A DNA stretch of 64,000 bases from Candidatus Parvarchaeota archaeon (GTDB taxonomy: Archaea > Nanobdellota > Nanobdellia > WJKC01): NCBI GenBank assembly GCA_017608505.1, contig JAFCFT010000002.1, positions 15,299 to 79,298 on the forward strand. The letters run 5' to 3'. The notes below the pieces were generated by a model. That model ran no database searches and was not told the origin of the DNA. It saw only the letters and a program-made list of their open reading frames with translations. Below, piece after piece: positions 48,031 to 56,957 of this stretch; position 1 is the stretch's first letter; each line of letters opens with the position of its first letter. The position numbers and the translations under genes were made by a program.

Positions 48031-48219
48031 TTATCCCCTAACTAAAACGAATACAATTGAAGACAATGTTGTTCCTGCTATGCTTCCTAAAATCAATGAA
48101 GGCCATGAAGCAAAACCCACTTTTTTGAAGAATACTGCACTTCCTAATGTAAATAATCCAAACTTTATCCCTAAAGATCCTACTTGATTTATTAAACCAC
48201 TCAATAATTCCTGATACAT
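48031..48219 (-). CDS. small membrane protein
   Basis: 62 aa hydrophobic ORF. Confidence 0.25.
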   Translation of the reverse strand: MYQELLSGLINQVGSLGIKFGLFTLGSAVFFKKVGFASWPSLILGSIAGTTLSSIVFVLVRG

Positions 48220-48325
48220 TTTAAAATCACCTCCTTTATATTTTTAAATATCTAATTCTATTTCTACAAATTTATATTTTAGCAAAGAATCATTTTAAAA
48301 AAAGAACTGTATGTATATACATTAA

Positions 48326-49207
48326 ATGAAAAAATATGTACCTAAATGGGAACCCCTTACTAAAAATTCGATGGAATCATTAGTTTATTTAGTATTTTTT
48401 AAACCAAGAATGCAAATTGAAGGTGTTAGGTTGATTTATGGCAAACCAAAACCTAACATTCAACCAATAATTAGAGCAAGAAAATATTTATACAATGCAG
48501 GATACATCGAGATTAGTAATGATCCACAGGATTTAAGAAATATTGTACTGAAGTCTAAGCCAGAACCTTTTATTAATTATGTTATTGATAAACTTAAGAA
48601 AAGGAGTGTTAGTGCTAAGCGAAAATTAGAAAAATATTATTTAACTGAGGATGAAAAAAGAATTTTATTTTTAATACTCGATTCAAATTGGTTTAGAAAT
48701 ACATTTTTTTCTAAAAGTTATATATTATCACATTACAACCGAGAATTTAATAAAGATAAAAATGGAAAACTATTTGTAACCAGCGCGTTTGTATATTTGG
48801 CGTACACTATTGAAAGAATATGTGTTTTAAGTTATATATTCAAATCCTTTTTTAAAGACCTCGTCCCAAATAATGACGATATAATTTCTTTTAATTCGTT
48901 TGATACATTTATAAAATATTGGGCTAGATTAAAATTTAATAAAAAGCTTAGATCTTTTTTGGATAAAATATTGCCAGAAGCAGAATTAAGACTGGGTTAT
49001 TCAATAAATCCTTTTTCAAGAAAACTTCCTCCAAAAAAAATTCGTAAGGAATTACTATATGAAAAAGTACTCAGGCATGATAATGTTGCATTATGTTTTC
49101 CTTTTGAATTGTCTAAAAAACTAATGTCAATAGGCAGAGTTCCAATGACCGAACATATTGTTTTTTCACAAATATTAGAGGAATATAGTAAGAATTACAA
49201 CATATAA
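48326..49207 (+). CDS. hypothetical protein
   Basis: 293 aa. No motif recognised. Confidence 0.3.
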   Translation: MKKYVPKWEPLTKNSMESLVYLVFFKPRMQIEGVRLIYGKPKPNIQPIIRARKYLYNAGYIEISNDPQDLRNIVLKSKPEPFINYVIDKLKKRSVSAKRKLEKYYLTEDEKRILFLILDSNWFRNTFFSKSYILSHYNREFNKDKNGKLFVTSAFVYLAYTIERICVLSYIFKSFFKDLVPNNDDIISFNSFDTFIKYWARLKFNKKLRSFLDKILPEAELRLGYSINPFSRKLPPKKIRKELLYEKVLRHDNVALCFPFELSKKLMSIGRVPMTEHIVFSQILEEYSKNYNI

Positions 49208-49283
49208 AATCTTGATCATCTCGAAATAACTTATAATCTTTGTATTTCTTTTATATAATTCTTCTTCATATTATTAAGTTGAA

Positions 49284-49535
49284 ATGGTATTCTGCGAGTT
49301 CTGCAATATGAGGATGATAAGGTGCAGGCACGAGTACTATTGCCCCAAGTGCGGTTTGGTGAAGGAAGACTTCTTTGATACTAAAACAAGTTATGACGGC
49401 CGCACTTACCCGTACGGCGCTATGCCATTGTGGATGAGCAACTTGCCGCAAACAAAGCCGGCGCATGTCTGGCATAATGGCCGTCCAAGACCAATCTGGA
49501 AGATAAAGGAAATAGGGGTGGTGACATTTGAGTAA
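49284..49535 (+). CDS. small zinc-ribbon protein
   Basis: 'CEFCNMRMIRCRHEYYCPKCG' (CxxC...CxxC). Confidence 0.35.
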   Translation: MVFCEFCNMRMIRCRHEYYCPKCGLVKEDFFDTKTSYDGRTYPYGAMPLWMSNLPQTKPAHVWHNGRPRPIWKIKEIGVVTFE

Positions 49536-49674
49536 AATCAACTTAAAGGCATTCAACAATTGCAAGGACTGTTTTCCATGCCCTAAGTGCCAGGCGCTGG
49601 AGTTAGAATTTAAAAGTGGGAAAATTGTATGTAAAAACTGTGATTATGACGCGACTGAGGTTTTTATTTTTTAA
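49528..49674 (+). CDS. second small zinc-ribbon protein (48 aa, TTG start, overlapping the previous stop)
   Basis: 'NNCKDCFPCPKCQALELEFKSGKIVCKNCDY'. It is below the 60-aa ORF-track cutoff and was found by manual translation. Confidence 0.25.
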   Translation: MSKINLKAFNNCKDCFPCPKCQALELEFKSGKIVCKNCDYDATEVFIF

Positions 49675-50437
49675 AAATTTTAATTCTATCAATTTTTTGT
49701 TCTATAAATGTTTTTAAGTTAGGTTTTTTATCAATTAATTTTATAATTTTTATCTCTGAAGTAGGAATTACAATAACATCCTTTGTTTTCTTTTCTTGAA
49801 CTTTTAAAAAAGAACCTCTCTCTAAAAATTCTATGAATCTTACTTCTAGATTTTTTTTGCTGCTGGTTTTTATGTATCCAGTAGCTGTTTGATAGTGCAA
49901 CGTGCTTAAATGAGCCCATAAGCATACTATCAATAAATTAAATATCAATAAGAAAATGATATTAATTGGCTGATAATTAATAACCAAACCATAATTTGCT
50001 AATATGAATAAATACCTAAGATCTCCAAATCTTGTTATGATTAACGATTTGATTGAATGGGTGCTTTCAAAATTTGTTATTCTTTTAGACATGGCCCGAG
50101 ATTCCTTTTCAATTAAAAAAAAGTATACAAATAAACCTATTAGATAAACAAATGATGGAATTAATGATAAATAACTTTCAACGTTTATCCATATAGATAT
50201 TAAATTTAAAAATAACCATAATAAAAATGATGGGATAAAAATCAATTCAGATATAAACATAAATCCTAAAAATATTTTAGATTCTTTTGAAGAGTTTTTA
50301 TATTGCCAATTATTTGACCCAATTATTGATCCAATAAAATAAAAAACACCTATAAATAGACTAATTGTCACTGTTAAAATAGCTGGCTGACTAATCAAAT
50401 AAGAAACTAACCCACTAATTAATTCTTCCAAAAACAC
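49664..50437 (-). CDS. multi-pass membrane protein
   Basis: 257 aa with 6-7 hydrophobic helices. Confidence 0.35.
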   Translation of the reverse strand: MFLEELISGLVSYLISQPAILTVTISLFIGVFYFIGSIIGSNNWQYKNSSKESKIFLGFMFISELIFIPSFLLWLFLNLISIWINVESYLSLIPSFVYLIGLFVYFFLIEKESRAMSKRITNFESTHSIKSLIITRFGDLRYLFILANYGLVINYQPINIIFLLIFNLLIVCLWAHLSTLHYQTATGYIKTSSKKNLEVRFIEFLERGSFLKVQEKKTKDVIVIPTSEIKIIKLIDKKPNLKTFIEQKIDRIKIFKK

Positions 50438-50454
50438 ATTAAAATAAATTTATC

Positions 50455-50614
50455 ATTTAAATAATAACTTTTCTAAAACATCACACCAATATTGTATTAA
50501 TATCCCAAGCGCCTGAATGCCGAAGGCATCCATAGGATTCTGCGTCACTGAATAAGCCCACAATCCAAGAACAAAGAATACGTTGCCTACGAAGGCAACG
50601 AATACAGAACTCAT
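50455..50614 (-). CDS. small membrane protein (52 aa) immediately downstream of the integrase gene
   Basis: Its ATG directly abuts the integrase stop ('TAAATG'). 'MSSVFVAFVGNVFFVLGLWAYS...'. Confidence 0.3.
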
Positions 50615-51784
50615 TTAGCGCCTCCTGAGTATTGCCTGGGCTTTTTGTTGCAACAGCTTCTTGACTTCAGGGTCCTTGATCAACTCGTTCAATAAGTAGT
50701 CTTTGTTGCGCTCTTCCTCGTCAATCTGCATTAATGTCTTGCGGTCAAGTATTAACCCGCAGTTATCGCAGTACTTGCTGGTTGGTTCATTGCTGTTCTT
50801 GCAGCGGGGGCAGGTCATCACTTTTAATGATTCATTGTCATCCTCTTCTCCAATCTGCACGCCATTAACTTTCAACAAGGCTTTGTCAACATCCCTGCCT
50901 GACAAGTGGATGTAAACGCTTGCCATCTTCGAACCCTGCACCCAGCCGAAGTACTCCTTCATCTGCGCCTCAGTCAAGTGATTACACAAGTGAGTAGCCC
51001 TAGCATGCCTAAAAGAATGCGGATTCACTCGCTTACTAATATTAGCTCTCCTAGCAATCCTAATAAGTTTAACCCTAATCATGCTGTAACTTAATTGCTT
51101 AGGCTCGTAACAAAGATTAACCCATAAAGGAGCATCAGGGTCATTCTTCAGTGGATGCTCATTCAACCAACGAGCCAAATAAGAAACGCTGGCTATAATC
51201 CTAACCCTTCGCTGACCAGTCTTCCCGCTAACTAATAACTTGGCCCCGTACTTATCAAACGCTACATGCTTCAATTTTAAGTTGCCAATCTCTCCAATCC
51301 TGCAACCACTCTCATACAAACAACTAACTAGCGCCTTATCCCTACTATTCTTAGCAGCTTCAATCATTTGCTTGACCTCTTCTTGTGTTAGTATCTCCTC
51401 TGGCATTCGCTTAGCATTCTTATAATTAAACTTAATCCACTTAACACAATCAGGCACCTCCTCACTCTCATGTAACCAAGTCACGAACTTCCTCAAAATA
51501 CGCTTATAAGTAATCTTAGTCCAACCAGTATAATCACGAGACTCAATCTCACCAACCAACTTAATATAATCCTCTTTTACTAACTCCTTGAAGTCACGAT
51601 CAACCATCTCACCCCACAACTTCAAGACTTGCAAGTAACGATCAATACGCGCCTTGCTCAAGCCATTAGCCTTCAAGTAATCAACAAACTTAACAAAGTA
51701 ACCCTTGTTAACTTCCAGGATGTCCGCTGCCATCAAGCGATTAAAACTGCCTTCGACTCGTTTATCATAATCATGGATGCCCAC
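50615..51784 (-). CDS. int: Tyrosine recombinase/integrase with a C-terminal zinc ribbon
   Basis: 'NPHSFRHARATHL', downstream 'MASVYIHL' (catalytic Tyr), 'CPRCKN...CDNCG'. It is adjacent to tRNA-Asp. Confidence 0.85.
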   Translation of the reverse strand: MGIHDYDKRVEGSFNRLMAADILEVNKGYFVKFVDYLKANGLSKARIDRYLQVLKLWGEMVDRDFKELVKEDYIKLVGEIESRDYTGWTKITYKRILRKFVTWLHESEEVPDCVKWIKFNYKNAKRMPEEILTQEEVKQMIEAAKNSRDKALVSCLYESGCRIGEIGNLKLKHVAFDKYGAKLLVSGKTGQRRVRIIASVSYLARWLNEHPLKNDPDAPLWVNLCYEPKQLSYSMIRVKLIRIARRANISKRVNPHSFRHARATHLCNHLTEAQMKEYFGWVQGSKMASVYIHLSGRDVDKALLKVNGVQIGEEDDNESLKVMTCPRCKNSNEPTSKYCDNCGLILDRKTLMQIDEEERNKDYLLNELIKDPEVKKLLQQKAQAILRRR

Positions 51785-51866
51785 AACCTATCACCATTAC
51801 ACTTCATGTATTATCCTGAAGAAGTATTTAAGGTTGGGGTGGTGGGCGTTGCCACCAACCCTCCCT

Positions 51867-51878
51867 ACGCCCGGGCCG
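51867..51878. repeat. att-like core, proximal copy (3' end of tRNA-Asp)
   Basis: Identical to 26386-26397. Confidence 0.5.
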
Positions 51879-51942
51879 GGATTTGAACCCGGGTCCTCGG
51901 ATCGACAGTCCGAGATCCTAGGCCAGACTAGACTACCCGGGC
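51868..51942 (-). tRNA. tRNA-Asp (GUC), intron-less
   Basis: Minus strand 'GCCCGGG TA GTCT AGTCTGGCCTA GGAT C TCGGA CTGTCGA TCCGA GGAC CCGGG TTCAAAT CCCGG CCCGGGC G'. The 7-bp acceptor, anticodon loop CUGUCGA and T-loop TTCAAAT are all present. Confidence 0.85.
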
Positions 51943-52027
51943 ATTTTGGTTTCATTATATGCTTAGGATTTTTAAACTTTATCTTGCTGATGGAAAAACA
52001 AAAGTTTTTAAAACAAGTTTTTAAAAT

Positions 52028-52993
52028 ATGAAACTTATGAAATCAATGTACAATGTTTTAGGATCAAAAGAGCTTGGCGAATACACTAGTGAAAATTTAA
52101 TTCAGGATTTAAAAAGCACAGATTTATGGGGCGAGTACCAAACCAATCAAGCTGTGCCGACCCCTGCTAAAATAATGAGTTTTTCAAGAAGTAAATTATT
52201 TAAAGCATCGCCAATAATGAGCTTGTTTACTATAGCATTCTACGAAAGCAAGGGTGTGGCAATGAGTTATAAAAGCAACCTTGCTGTTAAATTAATACAT
52301 GGACGCTTAAGAAAATGCTACATTCCTTACGACACAATATTTATTCCAGGCAATAACTTTGCAGGCAAACACGTTTTAGAACACGAAAAAATACATCATA
52401 TACATAAGAATTTAATACAATCATTCTTGTCAAGTCAGGATGACGACTTAGTAAAGAATACTTTGGATTACTTATTAACACACAAAATTAAAGAGACTGA
52501 ATTAAAGAACTGTGTGAGCGCAACAAAACTTGCATTTCCAGAAATAGAATCATTGCTCGATGCAAAAGATAACATTGAAACTATCAGAGAGTATTCAAAT
52601 TATTTATCAGGACTTGTAATGAGCAAAACGCCATTTTGGGCAAAAGAGTGCTTTGCAGAACACTACGCGAGTTCTAAATTTATCAGCAACACAAACAAAA
52701 TATATATTGCTGCAATGTTATTATCTGAAGCTTGCATGCTAGTAAATGTATTAAATACTTTATTAAATGATGCCAACATGCATAGCATGTTAAACTTTTG
52801 CAAAATAATGTACATTACTGGATTAACATTGTACCTTGCCAAATCCTTTAGCCCTTATATGACTGGGAAGAGTCAATGGAGCAAATTTACTAAAGGGCTA
52901 AACAGCCATGAAAAATTTTTAATATCAGCATTCCCGCCTAAGAAAAAGAAAGATTTAGACCAACAGTTAAAAACTCTTAATGAATATTTCTAA
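52028..52993 (+). CDS. hypothetical protein
   Basis: 321 aa. No motif recognised. Confidence 0.35.
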   Translation: MKLMKSMYNVLGSKELGEYTSENLIQDLKSTDLWGEYQTNQAVPTPAKIMSFSRSKLFKASPIMSLFTIAFYESKGVAMSYKSNLAVKLIHGRLRKCYIPYDTIFIPGNNFAGKHVLEHEKIHHIHKNLIQSFLSSQDDDLVKNTLDYLLTHKIKETELKNCVSATKLAFPEIESLLDAKDNIETIREYSNYLSGLVMSKTPFWAKECFAEHYASSKFISNTNKIYIAAMLLSEACMLVNVLNTLLNDANMHSMLNFCKIMYITGLTLYLAKSFSPYMTGKSQWSKFTKGLNSHEKFLISAFPPKKKKDLDQQLKTLNEYF

Positions 52994-52995
52994 AA

Positions 52996-53220
52996 CTATT
53001 CACGAGCATTTCTTTTCCAAAAACACCACCTAATGTAATTAAAAATAAGCAGGAATACAAACAACAAAATCCATGTATGGGCGCTCTCCCACGGGACTAG
53101 CCCTAATATTTTAATTGTAAACACCGCAACCCAGTATAAAACAAACAAAACAATAGTCTCAATAAAGCTTACTACGAGTGGTCCTAAGTACTTTTTCCTT
53201 AAATTTCTGCGCGCTTTCAT
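52996..53220 (-). CDS. small membrane protein
   Basis: 74 aa with two TM helices. Confidence 0.3.
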   Translation of the reverse strand: MKARRNLRKKYLGPLVVSFIETIVLFVLYWVAVFTIKILGLVPWESAHTWILLFVFLLIFNYIRWCFWKRNARE

Positions 53221-53231
53221 ATTAAAATATC

Positions 53232-53453
53232 TCCCGCCGCCCGGATTTTCACCCTAAGACCTTACCTCCCTTAAGAGGGGGTGGGTAGGCCCTAGGGAGG
53301 GGGAAGCTTCCCCCTCTCTGGGGCTTGAACCGGGAACCTCACGGTTGCTGCTCAACTGCTGTTGGTCCAATACTAATTTGTATTGAACTACAGCCGTGCG
53401 TTGTAGGTAAATTATTCAAATAATTTACTCTCTACCAGTTGAGCTACGGCGGG
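53232..53453 (-). tRNA. tRNA-Tyr (GUA) gene with three putative introns (~24/25, 37/38 and 59/60), ~222 nt
   Basis: Proposed exons: 'CCCGCCG TA GCTC AACTGGTA GAG' | 'C G CACGG CTGTAG' | 'A CCGTG AGGTT CCCGG TTCAAG' | 'T CCGGG CGGCGGG A'. They assemble into a 73-nt cloverleaf with perfect D, anticodon, T and acceptor stems. Inserted segments have strong hairpins (GTAAATTATT/AATAATTTAC; GGGGGAAGCTTCCCCC). Confidence 0.6.
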
Positions 53454-53495
53454 ACGAAATTTAAAAAATTCTTTTAACATTTAAATGTTTTGGAG

Positions 53496-53978
53496 TCAAA
53501 GAAAATCTTTGATGCGTGAATAAAAACTCGAGCCCTTTTTTTCGATAGTTAATCTTTCTTCTTCAGTCATTGTGTATTCTCTAACTATTAAAAAACTTTC
53601 TTTGTATATTGTGTCTATCTCTATGCAAAGCAGGCCGTAATCATAGTTGTCGCACATTTCTTCTGCAAGAGCATATTTAACAGCATTATTTAGACTGTCT
53701 ATGTATTCATTTATTAGACAGTAATCTTCTTCGTCTGCTTTTCTTCTTGCTTCTGCAAAAGTCTGCATAACTGCATCGTATAGCTCTATGAATGCTCTTT
53801 TGTTGTCTATAGCATTTACTATGCCAACAGGATCCATATATTTCTCCAAATCAATTTCTTCGTAGTCAATGTTGTATTTTTCTGAAATCAACTTTTTTAG
53901 AATATTTTCATAATAATTCAAACTTTCTGGAAACCATATGTCTACTATTTCTGTAAATTCAGAATACATGTCATTCAA
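53496..53978 (-). CDS. hypothetical acidic protein
   Basis: 160 aa, D/E/Y-rich. Confidence 0.35.
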   Translation of the reverse strand: MNDMYSEFTEIVDIWFPESLNYYENILKKLISEKYNIDYEEIDLEKYMDPVGIVNAIDNKRAFIELYDAVMQTFAEARRKADEEDYCLINEYIDSLNNAVKYALAEEMCDNYDYGLLCIEIDTIYKESFLIVREYTMTEEERLTIEKKGSSFYSRIKDFL

Positions 53979-55408
53979 GGTTCGCCACCCTTTATTATCT
54001 CTATTATTGGTGTGTTGCTTTTAACTTCTTTAATTTTTCCTTTGTACTTGAATTTCACAAGCGCTGGAGGCAATGAGACCCTTCCGACTAACTCAACATC
54101 TGTTTTAAATTTGTATGATATAAGCACTTCTTCTCTTGGCCTTAATGTGCCGCAATTAAATTTAAGCCATCTTTTGACTTTATCAACTTCGCCTTTAATG
54201 CTTCCAAAGCCCCCTAGTTTTTTGACATATAGCGGGATGTCTTCAATAATTAACACTTCATTAACAGGCTTAAATCCTATGTTCTTGACTCTAATTGCAA
54301 TTTTTATTAAAAGTTCTTTGCCTTCTCTTTTTGAAAGAATTATTTCTTTTGCAACTTTAATTTTCCTGTTAAACACTACAATTGCAAAAATTGCAAGCAA
54401 GACAAAAAATGGCAAAAGCGTTAATGGCAAGTACGAAATGTTTATTGTTAAAAGCGCGCTTTGACCTCTTTTTAAAGTGACATTGCGCGCAAACATGTTA
54501 TTAACCATGTCGCTGGAAGAAAACTTGCGCTCTTCAATTAATTTGTTTCCTTCATAAATCTTGTATTCTATGCTTGTGATTAAAAAAGACTCAAGAGGAT
54601 TGGATGTGTGATTTATATTAACTACGATATCTTCATTTCCAGTGTTATTAATTGTTTTTAAAATGCGTTTGCCAAAAAGATCTTCTGTTGCGCTTACAGA
54701 AATTGAGGAGTTCTTGTAACTTGAGATTCTTAATGTTTTTGCAGACTGCGTAATAACTTTGCCGCCAACAATTGCTTCAACAAGCAAAGTGTACTCTCCA
54801 GGCTCTAATTTTGGGTCAAGAACAATTTCTTTTGTAAATTCATTAAGGCCTTTTGTAAATTTGACGATGCTTGAAGAATTATAGATTATTCTATTTTCAT
54901 TTGAAATCACTACATTGAATCTAGGATAGACTTCGTCTACGTTGCTTACTATTGTTCCTGTTATGTTAAAAGGATTTCTTGGGTCTGCTGTGTATGTTCC
55001 TACAAGCGTCAAATTTTGAAGTTTAACAGGTTCAACAGACTTGTACAATATTGTTGATAAAATATTGATTTTTTCAGTTGTGCTGTTGTAAGTGACTATT
55101 AGAGGGGTTATATATTCTCCAGGAATCATGTCTGCTCTTACTGTAATTGTTAAGTTTACAGCAATGCTCTCATTAGGGTCTAAGTACAGATTGACAGAAG
55201 GTTTGACGCTTACAGTTCCAAAATTAATGAAATTTATAGTGTTTATGTAAACATGAATATTTTCTGAAGCATCGTTTGTAAAATTTATTGTGTATTGCAA
55301 GCTCTCCTCAGGAAACACTCTTGTTTTTACGTTCTTAACTTCATATGTTAATGCAAATGCCTGCGAAATTACTAGCAAGGAAATAACAGTTAATAATATT
55401 TTTTTCAT
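53975..55408 (-). CDS. Secreted/membrane-anchored surface protein (signal peptide, beta-rich, internal TM near the C-terminal third)
   Basis: N-terminal 'MKKILLTVISLLVISQAFA' signal, T/N/V-rich beta-like body, hydrophobic 'LPLTLLPFFVLLAIFAIVVF'. Confidence 0.4.
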   Translation of the reverse strand: MKKILLTVISLLVISQAFALTYEVKNVKTRVFPEESLQYTINFTNDASENIHVYINTINFINFGTVSVKPSVNLYLDPNESIAVNLTITVRADMIPGEYITPLIVTYNSTTEKINILSTILYKSVEPVKLQNLTLVGTYTADPRNPFNITGTIVSNVDEVYPRFNVVISNENRIIYNSSSIVKFTKGLNEFTKEIVLDPKLEPGEYTLLVEAIVGGKVITQSAKTLRISSYKNSSISVSATEDLFGKRILKTINNTGNEDIVVNINHTSNPLESFLITSIEYKIYEGNKLIEERKFSSSDMVNNMFARNVTLKRGQSALLTINISYLPLTLLPFFVLLAIFAIVVFNRKIKVAKEIILSKREGKELLIKIAIRVKNIGFKPVNEVLIIEDIPLYVKKLGGFGSIKGEVDKVKRWLKFNCGTLRPREEVLISYKFKTDVELVGRVSLPPALVKFKYKGKIKEVKSNTPIIEIIKGGEP

Positions 55409-55477
55409 TATTTTTTGAAATTAATGCTTAAATAATAAAGTTTTCTATAAATAACGCAAAGTATTTTAGTTACTCTG

Positions 55478-56140
55478 TTGTCTAATAATATAATGAAACG
55501 CCCTAAAAGAGTTAGATTTTCATTCATTAAATTATTTTTCAAAAGAATCTTTAGAAGAAAAAAATCTTTTAAGCTTGGAATTTACGGTCCCCCAAATGTA
55601 GGCAAAACAAGCATTGCAAACAAAATCAGCGTGGATTGGATTGGCGAGGAAGTTGGGGTTGTAAGCAATGTGCCTCATGAAACCCGCGAAATACAAATTA
55701 AAGAGCATGTCATTATGGAAAAAGACGGCAAAAAACTAGAGATTAATTTAATAGACACGCCAGGAATCAGCACAAAAGTTGATTATGAAGAATTCTTAAA
55801 ATACAAAATCAAGGCAAAGGAAGCAAAGAAAAGGGCAATGGAAGCTACAAAAGGCATTATTGAAGCTATTAAATGGCTTGATGACATGGACGTTGTTTTA
55901 GCAGTTATGGATTCAACAAAAGACCCTTATACTCAAGTTAATATAACTATTTTAGGCAATCTTGAAGTAAGAAAAATACCTGTCATAATAGTTGCAAACA
56001 AAACAGACCTTAAAAGAAGCAAAGTCAAAAGAGTTGAGGCAGCATTTCCTCAATACAAAGTGGTGGGCGTTTCAGCCAAAAAAGGCAAAGGCTTTGATGA
56101 ATTATATGATGCAATATTTGAAATAAGCAAAAAGGTGTAA
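55478..56140 (+). CDS. Small P-loop GTPase
   Basis: G1 'GPPNVGKTS', G3 'DTPG', G4 'NKTD', G5 'SAKKG'. Confidence 0.7.
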   Translation: MSNNIMKRPKRVRFSFIKLFFKRIFRRKKSFKLGIYGPPNVGKTSIANKISVDWIGEEVGVVSNVPHETREIQIKEHVIMEKDGKKLEINLIDTPGISTKVDYEEFLKYKIKAKEAKKRAMEATKGIIEAIKWLDDMDVVLAVMDSTKDPYTQVNITILGNLEVRKIPVIIVANKTDLKRSKVKRVEAAFPQYKVVGVSAKKGKGFDELYDAIFEISKKV

Positions 56141-56142
56141 AA

Positions 56143-56514
56143 ATGAAGCTATCAATAGATTTCATGACTATAGAATCCTTAATGCAGGCATCCCAAGAGG
56201 AACGCATAAATTTAATTATAAAGAAAATGAAAGACAAAAAAATCATTGTATTTAACGGGCAATTTGACCCCAGAGATGAAGCTGCTTTAATTGAGGGCAC
56301 AATGAAACATGTAAACAAGCAGTTTCCAGGCATTGAAATCTGCTCTTTAAGTTATGAAGAACTTAATCCAAATATGAGCTGGCCTTTGAAATTAAAGCAC
56401 CGTCTTATTAAGCTTTTAACTGGCGGAAGAAGCGGCATAACAGTCATAGGCCCTGCAAAAATCATAAAAGAGATAAAACGCGAGCCAGACCGGATATCAT
56501 TGCTCACCAAATAA
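56143..56514 (+). CDS. hypothetical protein co-transcribed with the GTPase
   Basis: 123 aa, 3 nt after the GTPase stop. Confidence 0.3.
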   Translation: MKLSIDFMTIESLMQASQEERINLIIKKMKDKKIIVFNGQFDPRDEAALIEGTMKHVNKQFPGIEICSLSYEELNPNMSWPLKLKHRLIKLLTGGRSGITVIGPAKIIKEIKREPDRISLLTK

Positions 56515-56546
56515 ATTTATAAGTCACTAATTTCAAAAAATAATCA

Positions 56547-56957
56547 ATGCCTCATCAATGCGTTCGTTGCGGGAAACTAATACCTTCGGGCTCAAAAGAG
56601 TTGCTTGAAGGGTGCAACACTTGCGGAGGAAAATTCTTTTTCTTTATAAAAGAGGAAAAGCTACTAAAAGAGAGTGATTTTATAAGACGCAATTTAAGCA
56701 GAAATGAAATTAAAGATTTAGAATTTGAAGTTAGAAACATAATAGGGTCTGGCCATTCTGAAGAAGCAGTTATTCTTGACTTGGAGACTATTAAAGCATT
56801 GGGTCCTGGAAAATTTAGAATTGACGTTTCTGCCTTAATGAGGGGTGCGCCAATAGTTATTAACATAAGCCCTGGAAAATATTATATAGACCTGCCTTCT
56901 GCTTTTGGAGAAGCAAGCAAAGACAATCCAATTAAAAAAGCACTAAGAAAAAGGTAA
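56547..56957 (+). CDS. zinc-ribbon protein
   Basis: 'CVRCGK...CNTCGG' N-terminal C4 ribbon, 136 aa. Confidence 0.35.
   Translation: MPHQCVRCGKLIPSGSKELLEGCNTCGGKFFFFIKEEKLLKESDFIRRNLSRNEIKDLEFEVRNIIGSGHSEEAVILDLETIKALGPGKFRIDVSALMRGAPIVINISPGKYYIDLPSAFGEASKDNPIKKALRKR

Larger units (their letters stand above)
26386..51878. mobile_element. Putative integrated element/defence island (~25.5 kb) in the tRNA-Asp 3' end, bounded by 12-bp direct repeats, with a tyrosine integrase at the tRNA-proximal end
   Basis: 'ACGCCCGGGCCG' is at 26386-26397 and 51867-51878; the latter is the 3' end of tRNA-Asp. The integrase lies next to the tRNA. Cargo includes RM systems, a Cas4-like nuclease and TFB-like genes. 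Confidence 0.55.
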
